From: Octopus sinensis
Taxonomy: Eukaryota
Assembly: GCF_006345805.1 (NCBI RefSeq)
Contig: NC_042999.1
Span: 63,860,001 to 63,924,000 of the forward strand
Direction: 5' to 3'
DNA length: 64,000 bases
Position numbers and translations under genes: made by a program
Shown here: piece after piece, positions 1 to 10,922 of the stretch
Numbering within the stretch: the first letter of the stretch is position 1
How the letters are laid out: each line of letters starts with the position of its first letter
Notes under the pieces: model-generated
What the model was told of the DNA's origin: nothing
The model's input: only the letters and a program-made list of their open reading frames with translations
Databases searched by the model: none

Positions 1-1599
1 TGTTCATAAGAAATTAACCAACTCCAGGCACTTGCCTGAAGGTCTATGCAAAAGAATTGAACTCAGAACCATGTGGCTGTGAAGGTTAACTTTTTATCAT
101 GCTGCCATACTTGTACCTATAGCCTTCTATACCAAGTAATAACTGGCTGAGACTAGTATACACAAAGAATTTACATCTGTCTATACATAACGATAGCTCA
201 CAATCTATAGATATATTCTGAAGTACTGTACAGCTTTATAACATTGTTAATGAACTAGTATTTTTTAAAATTCAAATTAGTTGTTATGACTCATATATGC
301 AAATTGGTCTTTCCAATTTAATTAAGCATTTAGAGAAATCTTATAAGCACTATCTTCATAGACACTAGAAACAATCAACAAAGGTTCTTAGTTACTGCTG
401 AAATCTCAACAAAGGATTGAAACTAGTCTGGTTGATTCCTCTTTTTCTGTTCATGAAGATACTAAATACACCAACAAAATATTTGGTTGGCCTTTTTTGT
501 CGTTTGTTGACAGTATTGCTGAACCAGTAACTTAGCCATCTCTGCTGTGTCTGGGGTGTTTCCAGAAGCAAGTACCTGACTCCAAGTGCACTTATGACCT
601 TTCCACTCACAGAAAGGAAAGACAAGTCAATACATTTGCACCAACAATGGAGCTGTAGAGGATGCCAAATAATGGTTAAGTATGACTGCACATATCTATC
701 TTAGGGTTCCTCCCTACAGATTTTCTGTAGGGGTTTACTTCCCTTAGCCCTTTTAAACTGTTCAGTAAATTAGCTCACAAAGCAGCAGGGGTTTATTATT
801 TTCATGGGCATGGTTTTTTACAGAGCCAGTTCTACTCTCTTGTCTGTCAAACTTGTATTAGTTTGGTAAAACAAGTACCATAAGCTCAGTAGTTATCAGA
901 ACACAGGATCTGTATTGAGTTACCCTCTCTTACATGAGCAACTTAAGAACTGAAGAGCCTTGTCTGCCACTAGACCTAGGAATGATATTGACGAAGAGGC
1001 GGTTTCACACTCCTAAAGACCCAGGAACTCCTAAACCAGGGCTCCACTACTGGATGCAGTTGAAAGTTATACCCAGAACAAGGTGTTTGCCTCTGACTAT
1101 ACAATGGCTAAAGATCTATAGACGAAATTTGTAGTACAGTGCCAAATGTTTTTGGTAGACAGAAACAGGCTAGAAGCCAGTCATGTGTATACATGTGTGT
1201 GTGTGTGTGTACTACCATTGCTTAACAACTGGCATTGGTTTGTTTATATCCCTGCAAGTGCAGCTGAAGAGACCAATGAAATACAGGCTTAATAAGTACT
1301 GGAGTTGATTTGTTAGACTAAATCCATCAAGGCAGATCCCAGCATGGCCACAGTCCAATGACTGAAGCAAGTAAAAGATAAAAGAGTTGGCCATCACTGT
1401 CTACATACATGTACTCATGCTGGAGCTTTCTCAGAAAAAACCAAATAGACTTGCATTCTTCAAATTCAACTGATTAATGGTACATTGAAGATTTGTAAAA
1501 CATTCAAAAGATTCTTAATTTAAGTTCTCAGAATGAACAAATTCACACAACTGGCATGGTGATGATGGCATATGACTATAGAGGACATGTGAAGGCCTC

Positions 1600-2145
1600 A
1601 AAGAAATGAAACCAGCATGCTCCAGTGGATGGTTATTGTCAGTATGCATGTATGACAGAGTGTAAATGATTTAAGCAAAAGTTATGTATAAGTGGCATTA
1701 GATGTGCGCAAGAGAGAGGACTGTGCTGATATGGTCATGTGATGCATATGGATGAGGACAGCTGCAACAAAAAGTGCTGAAGTATAATTGTGGAGGGAAC
1801 ATACGGAAGAGGTAGACCCAGGAAGATGTGGGATGAAGTGGTGAGAAAAGATCTTCAGACTTTGGGCCTCAGAGGAGATGACAAATGACTAAGACTTCTG
1901 GCGGTTTGCTGTGTTTGAAAAGATACGTCAGGCTAAGTAAAATTGAGGCCGTCCGTGCACACAGGCATATCTTCTACATCCCTCTCTCAGCTAGATCCTA
2001 GTCTTACGTGCTCGTGGGTGCTGGTGCCATATACAAGTGTCCATGCCGGCGCCACGTAAAAGTGCCAGTGTCACGTTAAAAGCACCCACTATACACTGCG
2101 AAGTGATTGGTGTTAGGAAGGGCATTCAGCCGTAGAAACCATGGA
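1600..2145 (+). mobile_element. Degenerate RTE LINE 3' end
   Basis: Diverged homolog of the ORF2 end (GGAAGAGGTAGACCCAGGAAG) plus a partial tail. Confidence 0.75.
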
Positions 2146-2334
2146 TATTAAATAATTATAATGATATAGACATTAGCACACGCACATACTTACAAATCTC
2201 TGGAACTGTCGTAACCTCAATGTCAATGACTGGCTTGAATACTGCGATGGACTTAGAATCTCAAAAATTAAAAGCAGAAACACACACACACACACCAGTA
2301 AAGTGGTTCAACCTCGAACAGAGATATAAATATC

Positions 2335-2522
2335 AAATATTTCGTCTGTCGTTTATGTTCTGAGTTCAAATTCCGCCGAGGTCGACTTTGCCTTTCATCC
2401 TTTTGGGGTCGATTAAATAAGTACCAGTCACGCACTGGGGGTTGATGTAATCGACTTAATCCATTTGTCTGTCCTGGTTTGTCCCTTCTATGTTTAGCCC
2501 CTTGTGGGTAGTAAAGAAATAA
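2335..2522 (+). mobile_element. SINE family B, 5'-truncated
   Basis: B-box and tail match family B. Confidence 0.88.
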
Positions 2523-3079
2523 ATATCAAATATTTTGAAGTGTTACTATCGCTTGATAAGGGAGTTAATTTAACAATAAAACAGTTTATTTCCCTTTTAC
2601 AGGTAGCTTTTGGCAGTTCAGAAATTGTTTGGTGGGCATGTGATTAAATACGACCTAGAAGTTACAGTCCACTCAGGCACCCCTCCTCCTTTTCAAACAG
2701 CCAATAACGACATTATCCAATGTGTCTTTCCTTTAAGAGAGCGAGGCGTAATTTCAGGTTAATCTGGTTGTATTTCTACCACAAAGTCGAGCGATCATAC
2801 TGGTTCCAAACTATATGTAATTTCTTTGTTAAGATATAGCCTGCTGACTCGACCTGTATATATTACTAGTGTTTATCATAATGATTGTGAAGTGATAGAA
2901 AGCATAATCTATCTCAGATGAGTTTTAATATCATGAGGGATAAGGTATTAAATTGTGAGAGTAGTGAATAAACAATTACAGATCATATCGGGAAGTACAA
3001 AATAATTGTTATAATTTGTAATAAATCAGCGAAAAGGAATATATTTTACGAAAGTTATCTATCTATCTATCTATCTATC

Positions 3080-3107
<28 letters not shown>

Positions 3108-3110
<3 letters not shown>

Positions 3111-4060
3111 TTAAACACACGAGGAATCCACTTATAGGAATTCTACATGCTAGAAAGAACAGCTAGGTTCTATAACCACAAAAATTAGGGATAAAATTTG
3201 ACAGGAACAAAATTGAAAAATGAAAAACATTTTAGGCAAAATGATTTATTTAAACACATAAGGAATCCTCATAGGAATTCTACACGCTAGAAAGAACAGC
3301 TAGGTTCACGTAAAAGACACCCACAAAAATTAGGGATAAAATTCGACAGGAACAAAATTGAAAAATGGAAATTATTTTGCCTAAAATGTAGAATTCCTAT
3401 GAGTGGATTCCTCATGTGTTTAAATATACACTATATCGTATGACTAATATATAGTCTTTTTGACTAAATCTTTATACTTTAGACCACTGGAAATGTAAAT
3501 TTTAATTAATTTCCATTTCCCTTAAAGGTATTTTTTAATATGTTGGTCATTGATAACATTTTTTTTCGAAAAAATTTTATCCTATATTAGATATAAATTT
3601 AATAGTGTTCACTTCTGGACTCTCCCACTCTGTGAGTGCCTCAGTTCAAATCGCACATGTCTTGAATGGGCTGGAGTATTTCTATTTTGGATTTATTTGG
3701 GGTACTTAGTTGTGCTCATGACTTAGTGTTTGCTTTTTCCATGGGTATGAGTAAGTATCTCAATTACTTCTTTGCTACACGTATCACTGACGAAGGGAGG
3801 GTTCTTTTTGAACTAACCCTGAAATCGGTCCGATATGGTAATAATGGAATTTTTTAGAGATTTTCTGTCGACCTTTTTTCGAGTAGCGTGCATACTGGGA
3901 AAAATTATATGGTAAATGGACAATATGTCCAATTTTCGGCATAAGAAATTTTTTCATTAGCCCTTATTTATAAGTTGTTTATAATTTAACTTTTAAAGGT
4001 ATTTTTTAATATGCTGGCCATTGATAAAATTAAAAAAAAAATTTTATCCTATATTAGATT
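3108..4060. mobile_element. Composite Penelope-like (pLTR-type) insertion at (TA)n
   Basis: Tandem ~140-bp units, an inverted copy, a 70-bp direct repeat (3523-3592 and 3990-4059), and a hammerhead motif. Confidence 0.5.
3781..3836 (+). ncRNA. Candidate minimal type I hammerhead ribozyme
   Basis: GTATCA-CTGACGA-AGGG[AG GGTTC TTTTT GAACT AA]CCCT-GAAA-TCG-GTC|CGATAT. Confidence 0.55.
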
Positions 4061-4061
4061 T

Positions 4062-4240
4062 CACGTAAAAAGCACCCACTACACTCACGGAGTGGTTGGC
4101 GTTAGGAAGGGCATCCAGCCGTAGAAACACTGCCAGATCTGACTGGGCCTGATGAAGCCTTCCAGCTTCACAGATCCCAGTTGAACCATTCAACCCATGC
4201 TAGCATGGAGAACGGACGCTAAATGATGATGATGATGATA
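4062..4240 (+). mobile_element. RTE-tail element (short retrocopy/SINE)
   Basis: AAAAGCACCCACTACACTC..CCATGCTAGCATGG..(GAT)n. Confidence 0.88.
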
Positions 4241-4254
4241 TATATACACACATG

Positions 4255-4296
<42 letters not shown>

Positions 4297-4299
<3 letters not shown>

Positions 4300-4518
4300 T
4301 TCAGAAAGACTCTCTGAGGTAACTATGTAATGGTTTTCAGGCGAATCTTGCACACTGATCCATTACTTGCTCCCCAGACATAAAAGTCTGGCAGTGTTAA
4401 ATCAGCTGATCTTAGTGGCCAGAAATAATCCATTCACTGAAAAACTCTTGAAGTAGCGCCATGGTGATACGCTGAATAAAAAAAAAATTCACTGTGGAGA
4501 GACTTTTTGAACACCCTG
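4297..4518 (-). mobile_element. Internally deleted Tc1/mariner element
   Basis: TIR CAGGGTGTTCAAAAAGTCTCT plus TA at the right end, degenerate TIR at the left end; minus strand WPLRSADLTLPDFYVWG resembles WPxxSPDLxPxDFxxWG. Confidence 0.75.
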
Positions 4519-4569
4519 TATAACATCAATGCAACACCAAGTGCCTCAATTGGTCGCCCACTACAAGAT

Positions 4570-4930
4570 TCAACAGAACCTACTGAAACAAGCTAACACG
4601 TTCATGCTATTACTTTGAGGAAGCACCCTTACGGGCGTCACCTGACACCTCTGTAAGGTGAGCTGCCAATGATGACAAGAACTTCGCCATTAACGGCCCA
4701 GCCCCTTCAAACGTCTCAAATGCCATAGGCTGGAAGAGAGAGTTCACTGCTAGGTCTCAATACTTCAGGGTTTTGTTTCGTTTGGTTACGGAATCTGTAC
4801 CGCCTCTATCCCACACCATTTACCACAGATCCAGGATGTGGGAGAGAACAAAGAAGTCACAGACTGTGGCACCCCAGATGTGGCATCTCTCCAGGGACAG
4901 AGGGTAAGACCATCTGGTCTCTTCCCAAGT
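4570..4930 (-). mobile_element. CRE-like non-LTR retrotransposon remnant (restriction-like endonuclease domain)
   Basis: Frameshifted minus strand GKRPDGLTLCPW / IWGATVCD / LKY*DLA..FQPMAFETFEGAGP..FL..LAAHL.EVSGD. Confidence 0.65.
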
Positions 4931-5315
4931 GAATTGAGAGTTCAAATTCACTGCAGAAACGTTAGCATGCTGGGCAAAATGCTTTTAATGATTTCGGGGT
5001 GGGGGTGGGGAGAGTAGCATTCATGATCTTCTAAGACTGTTGGTGACAAAAAAAAAAAAAAGGGTTGGGGGAAGAAGAAACAATGGTACACATTAATCCA
5101 GTAATGAACAGCACATGAAGATAAAACTGACTGAAAATTTGATTTGAATGCTTGCAAAAACATGAAGCCAAAGGCCTGGTGATGGTGTTAAGGACAATGA
5201 TTTTTTTTTATAGTACATCTTTGCAAAGGTATAATTCATTCAGCTTCATGACAGAGCTAAATTACTGTTCTCTGACATTAAGCAAAGAAGTGGTGGATTT
5301 TCACTTTCATTTCTT

Positions 5316-6379
5316 TAGCTTGGGCAAAGTTCAGAGAGCTCTTACCTCTGCTGGTGACAAAGGGCCTCTCGCTCAGAGTAAACAGTAGACTGTATGACGC
5401 ATGTGTACGAACAGCCATGCTACATGGCAGTGAAACATGGGCCGTGACTGCTGAGGACATGCGTAAGCTCACAAGGAATGAAGCCAGTATGTTCCAATGT
5501 ATAATGTCAGTGTGCATACTCAACAGTGTGTTAGTACCTTGAGAGAAAAGTTGAACCTAAGATGCATCAGATGTGGTGTGCAAGAGAGATGACTGCGCTG
5601 GTATGGACATGTGGCAAGAATGAATGTGAATAGCTGTATAAAAAGTGCCACACCCTAGCGTTGAGGGAACCTGTGGAAGAAGTAGCCCCACGAAGACCTG
5701 GGGTGAAGTGGTGAAGCACGACCTTCGAACATTAGGTCTCACTGAGGCAATGACTAGTGATCGAGACCTTTGGAAATATGCTGTGCTTGAGAAGACTCGG
5801 CAAGCCAAGTGAGACCATAACCTCGTAGCCTATGCCAGGGGTATAACCAGCCCACTTATGCATACTTTTCCTTCACTGGAACTAAACTCTGCTTGCGAAG
5901 ACCTGTTGAGGCAAGTGAAATCAAAATCAAATTTGATCACTGGCATCCGTGCTAGTGGAGTGCTAAGAGCACCATCCAAGCATGATCGCTGCCAGAGCAG
6001 CAAACTGGCTTCCATGCTGGTGGCACGTAAAAGACACCATTTGAGTGTGATCTTTACAACGTTGCCTTACTGGCACATGAAAAAACATTAGAGCAAGGTT
6101 GTTGCCAATGCGGCTAGACTGGCTCCTGTGCAGGTGGCATGTAAAAAACACCATTTGAGTGTGGCTGTTGCCAGTACCACCTGACTGGCCCTCGTGCCGG
6201 TGGCATGTAAAAGCACCCACTACACTCTCAGAGTGGTTGGTGTTAGAAAGGGCACCCAGCTGTAGAAACTCTGCTAGATCAGATAGGAGTCTGGTGCAGC
6301 CATCTGGTTTGCCAGTCCTCAGTCAAATCGTCCAACCCATGCTAGCATGGAAAGCGGACGTTAAACGATGATGATGATT
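5316..6379 (+). mobile_element. RTE LINE 3' end (ORF2 C-terminus, UTR and tail)
   Basis: KGLSLRVNSRLYDACVRTAMLHGSETW; same UTR and CCATGCTAGCATGG/(GAT)n tail as the 39-40 kb copy. Confidence 0.9.
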
Positions 6380-6865
6380 TCTTATTAATTAAATTTAGAT
6401 CATGTAATTCTTTATCACTCAAAAAGTGTAAGTCCACAATTATATACAGATATATGGAATTTGATAATTTCAACACTTTAAAGTTGAAGAATTACAATCT
6501 TTGGATTTGTCTATTGAATGAGGTTAACACTGGAGATGCTAAGCTGCATCGTCTTGAAAAGAAAAAATGGAATAAGTGAAGAATTCTTAGTTGGCAGTCT
6601 GCCAGCCAATAAAGCTGAAAATGATAAATAGTCTTCAGATGAGATATTTGGTATTTCTCTCTCCTTGAAAATCAGCTCTAGACATTATATCGACTGCGTC
6701 TAAGTTGAAAATGGATCATGTAAGATTACTTCATTGTTCTGATATATTTCTACAGTGAGTGCACTGTCATAGTTTTACAAGGACTTCTGAACTGAATTAA
6801 CCATTCCACTAGTTCTCATTCCAAAACTTTAAAATTAATTTTAACTAATATATATATATATATAT

Positions 6866-6917
<52 letters not shown>

Positions 6918-7019
6918 TAGATAGATAGATAGACAAGTAGGTATGTGTGTGTGTGAAATTGTAATAATATTTTAATAGTTTTCCATTCTGACAGGAGTTG
7001 GGATATTGTACAGTATCGA

Positions 7020-7482
7020 ATCAAATTCGATGACTGGCACCTGTGCCAGTGGAGCGCTAAGAGCATCATGTGAGCGTGATCGTTGCCACTGGCTTCCGTG
7101 CCGGTGGCATGTAAAAAGCACTATTTGAACGTGATTGTTACCAGCATTGCCTTACTTGCACTTGTGCCAGTGGCACGTGAAAAAACATTTGAGTGAGGTT
7201 GTTGCCAGTGCCGCTGGACTGGCTCCTGTGCAGGTGACAGGTAAAAAACACCATTCGAGCATGGCTGTTGCCAGTACCGCCTGACTGGCCCTTGTGCTGG
7301 TGGCATGTAAAAGCACCCACTACACTCTCGGAGTGGTTGGAGTTAGGAAGGGCATCCAGCTGTAGAAACTCTGCCAGATCAGATTGGAGCCTGGTGCAGC
7401 CATCTGGTTCACCAGTCCTCAGTTAACTCGTCCAACCCATGCCAGCATGGAAAGCAGACTTTAAATGATGATGATGATGACT
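7020..7482 (+). mobile_element. RTE-tail element with UTR tandem units
   Basis: Same diagnostic tail and GTGGCACGTAAAA units. Confidence 0.88.
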
Positions 7483-8158
7483 ACAATTGATATTGGTTTT
7501 GTATAAGTTTATCAAGGAGAATGAACATTTTGAAATTTGACCTCACCACTTCTGTCTTTCTCTGCCACTGGTATCTTCCATCATCAGTATACATTAGCTA
7601 TTCACACAAGTTTTGTATTTATCTTCTGATACCTTTAGTGACCAGGCACTCTCAGCTTGCTTGTACTCCATCTTCCATGAAAATTAACGTTGTATATCTC
7701 ACAGATCATTCTTATTTCATTTCTCTCCTGCTTTCATAGAAGCACCAATTTTTGTGTCTATGTTCCTCTATCATGCAGCACCACACTTTTGTTGCTAATA
7801 GCTCTGTGTACTTTGTTCATCCCTTCCTTATTCCAGCTTCTTTACAAACACCTCAACCACCCCCAACACCCATCAGGTTTCCTTGGTAACAAACTCAACT
7901 ATATCTACTGAGCCATCTGAGCAGCTCATAAACTTTGTGCTCCAGCTGAAAATGATTCCTGTGCAACTATCATCTCTGAGGTGATAATTATCTCTCACCC
8001 TTCAGTGATCCTGCCACATATTTTCCATACAAGTTCCTTTCAACTCTTACATGTCCAGCATGATCACATCCAGAATACTGAAATATTGATGTAATGTAAA
8101 ATCTAGGCTTTTGGACTATCTATCCATATAGGATACAAATACACACACATATGTATGC

Positions 8159-8207
<49 letters not shown>

Positions 8208-8524
8208 AGGATAAAAACTTCTTAAGTCTTATCTAAGCATTCCCCAGTTTTCTTTAGACTTTTACTTATTCAAATATTTTTCTCATCAAGTATGACGTGA
8301 CTGAAATTATGTTTGAAGCTAGTAAAATCAGGTTATGGAAGTATTAGAATTTAAGAAAGAGCTAAAAAGAATACAATGAAATGCATATGATGGACTATAT
8401 TTTAAAGATGTGTTATTATTAATAGTATTCATTAAGAAGAGGTTAATAGTTTAAAAAATTTATGCAATCTGTTAGATAAAATTCTAGTGTAACAATAAGC
8501 AATAGATAATAGGGAAGTCAGGTG

Positions 8525-8812
8525 TAGTTTTGTTTTTGTTCCTTTTCGAGCCATGCCTGGCTCATAAGGGCTGGTTTCCTTGGCGTATAGGTTCCCCACC
8601 TGGATGGGACGCTGGTCTGCTAGATGCAGAAGGAAAGAGTGAGAGAAAGTTGTGCGAAATAGTCAGCAGAAGTTCACCATTACCTTCTGCCGGAGCCGCG
8701 TGGAGCTTAGGTATTTCGCTCATAAACACACACATCACCCTGTCTGAGATTTGAACCCGCGAACCCTCGACCACGAGTCCGCTGCTCTAACCACTAGGCC
8801 ATGTGCCTCTAC
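8525..8812 (-). mobile_element. Third tRNA-derived SINE family
   Basis: Minus strand GGCACATGGCCTAGTGGTTAGAGC (A-box) and GGTTCAAATC (B-box), GTCCCATCCAGG central motif, A/C-rich tail. Confidence 0.8.
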
Positions 8813-8821
8813 ATGGTGTAG

Positions 8822-9090
8822 TGGGTTGGTAAATAATGGTATACAAGCACTGTTTAAACCAGGTGTATCTTGTTGGCTGATCATGGTATACAAGCAATGC
8901 ATAAGCCTGATACGGCTGGTTAGCTGACTAATGATGGTATTTAAACCATATGTAGCTGGCTGGCTGGCTACTGATGGATACAAGTAATGAATAAATCAGC
9001 TCTGGCTGATTGGCTAAAAATGGTATACAAGCAACGTATAAGCCAGATATGGCTGGCTGACTAATTATGCCATACAAGCAACGTATAATG
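8822..9090. repeat. Degenerate ~45-bp minisatellite
   Basis: About six ATGGTATACAAGCAA..GGCTGGCTGACTA-type units. Confidence 0.7.
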
Positions 9091-9300
9091 ATATTATTAG
9101 GGGGGTCAGGACTAGAATTAAACTAAGTCAAGAATTTAAAATATCTAGGTGGATATCTATAACAGATTTCGCTATAATTCTATTCTTTCCATCATATCCA
9201 TTTAGAAAGCATCAGGGTAGATGCTTACGGCAATGCCATGGTTCTGACAGAATTTCTTGAAGAGCTAAAGTAGTTTTAAAATTAGAAGAATGACCCAGAG

Positions 9301-9530
9301 TTAAACCCTTTAGTGTTCGCATTATTCTGCCAAAGTTAATGCTTCTTCATCCACATTGTTTTGAACTAATCATGCATTATCTCGTAGCTATGAGATTTTG
9401 ATGAGGTAGCTGTTAATTTTTAAAACGATATTGTAGGGTTGGTGTGAGAGACCAGATCTGGCCAGTTTGAACATAAAACAGGCAGAATACTTTTGGCCAG
9501 ATATGGCCAGTTTAAATGCTAAAGGGTTAA
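9301..9530. mobile_element. TTAA-flanked MITE (piggyBac-like ends)
   Basis: TTAA(A)CCCTTTAG..CTAAAGGGTTAA. Related copies at 13060-13281, 23607-23805 and 44656-44847. Confidence 0.75.
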
Positions 9531-10598
9531 GTCAAAAAACTTGAAGGTGGACATAGTAGCTGCTAAAGTCCTAATTAGCAAAGATTTATTGTTCCAACTG
9601 AACATAGCGGAAAGAGGTAGGAAATAACTTAATACAACAAATATATAAACAATACAAATACATCTCAGTAGAATGACACATTAGAAATCAAAACATTAAG
9701 AGCAGTAGACGCATTGAAGAATAGTTAACAGTAATTATAAGCAGCTTTTAATCTGAATCCATCTGTTACTGAGATGAATCATTGGAAGTAGTAGACAGGT
9801 TATATAGGTGAGATAATTAACAGTGGAAGTAGATGGATTTAGTAATAGCAGTAATGATGTGAGGAAGTGGAGGTTCAGAGAAATGCCAATTCTGTTAGAG
9901 AGTTTCTTCACACAAAAGACAGATTACATGAAGTGTTGTGTTTATGATGGTGAGATGATCAATGAATACAGAGGACCATTAATAATGGATAGGCGTGAGA
10001 TGATTAATACAGAGGCTTGTTAACAAAGAAATATATGACAAACCATGTCAAACAGTGATGCACAACCCTTTTTTTAGAAGGTGGTCCACAAGATTCATGA
10101 GGAAATAGTCATAGACTATCAAATATAAATTCACCTGTAACTTCATTAAGATAAATGTAAATTTCCTTTTAAATGATTTAAATTTTAGAATGTCTTACAT
10201 AAAAAAAAAAAATTACTGACTTCCTTAAATCTATGAAACTCACTGTAGAGCACCAAAACTTTGGTATGGACCACAAGCAGTTCTCTGGGATTATACTGTG
10301 TATTACTAAAGTAAAAAGGCATTAACTGGACAAATATGCAATTGTATTACTAAAGTAAAAAGGCATTAACTGGACAAATATGCAATAAATTACGGTTCTT
10401 ATGAAAAAGATTCCACTTAAAGGAGTTGAGAAAACTGAGTGTTATAATTTTTGGTTTCATGAACATGTAATTCAAATGAAAGATATGCTGGGTAAAAAAT
10501 AGGTTATGAGTTTATAATATCCGACAAGTGGTAAGTGGCCATCACAGATGTATTTTGTAGACCTTTGTAACTGTTGACAGTATTAACAAACATAATAA

Positions 10599-10922
10599 TG
10601 GCCCCGTGTCGGTGGCACGTAAAAGCACCATCCGTTCGTGTCCGTTGCCAGCATCGCCTGGCCCCGTGCCGGTGACACATAAAAGCACCATCCGTTCGTG
10701 GCCGTTCGCCAGCTCTGTCTGGCACCTGTGCAGGTGGCATGTAAAAAACACCCACTACACTCGCGGAGTGGTTGGCGTTAGGAAGGGCATCCAGCCGTAG
10801 AAACACTGCCAGATCTGACTGGGCCTGACGAAGCCTTCCAGCTTCACAGACCCCAGTTGACCCGTCCAACCCATGCTAGCATGGAAAACGGACGCTAAAC
10901 GATGATGATGATGATGATGATG
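10599..10922 (+). mobile_element. RTE-tail element (young, CpG-intact)
   Basis: ~60-bp UTR units, diagnostic tail and (GAT)8. Confidence 0.9.

Noticed and set aside
10600-10745. Regularly spaced ~60-bp repeats resembling a CRISPR array (also 8822-9090 and 27040-27180)
   Set aside because: Eukaryotic context, no cas genes, and spacers are homologous to each other. These are RTE 3' UTR tandem units or a minisatellite.
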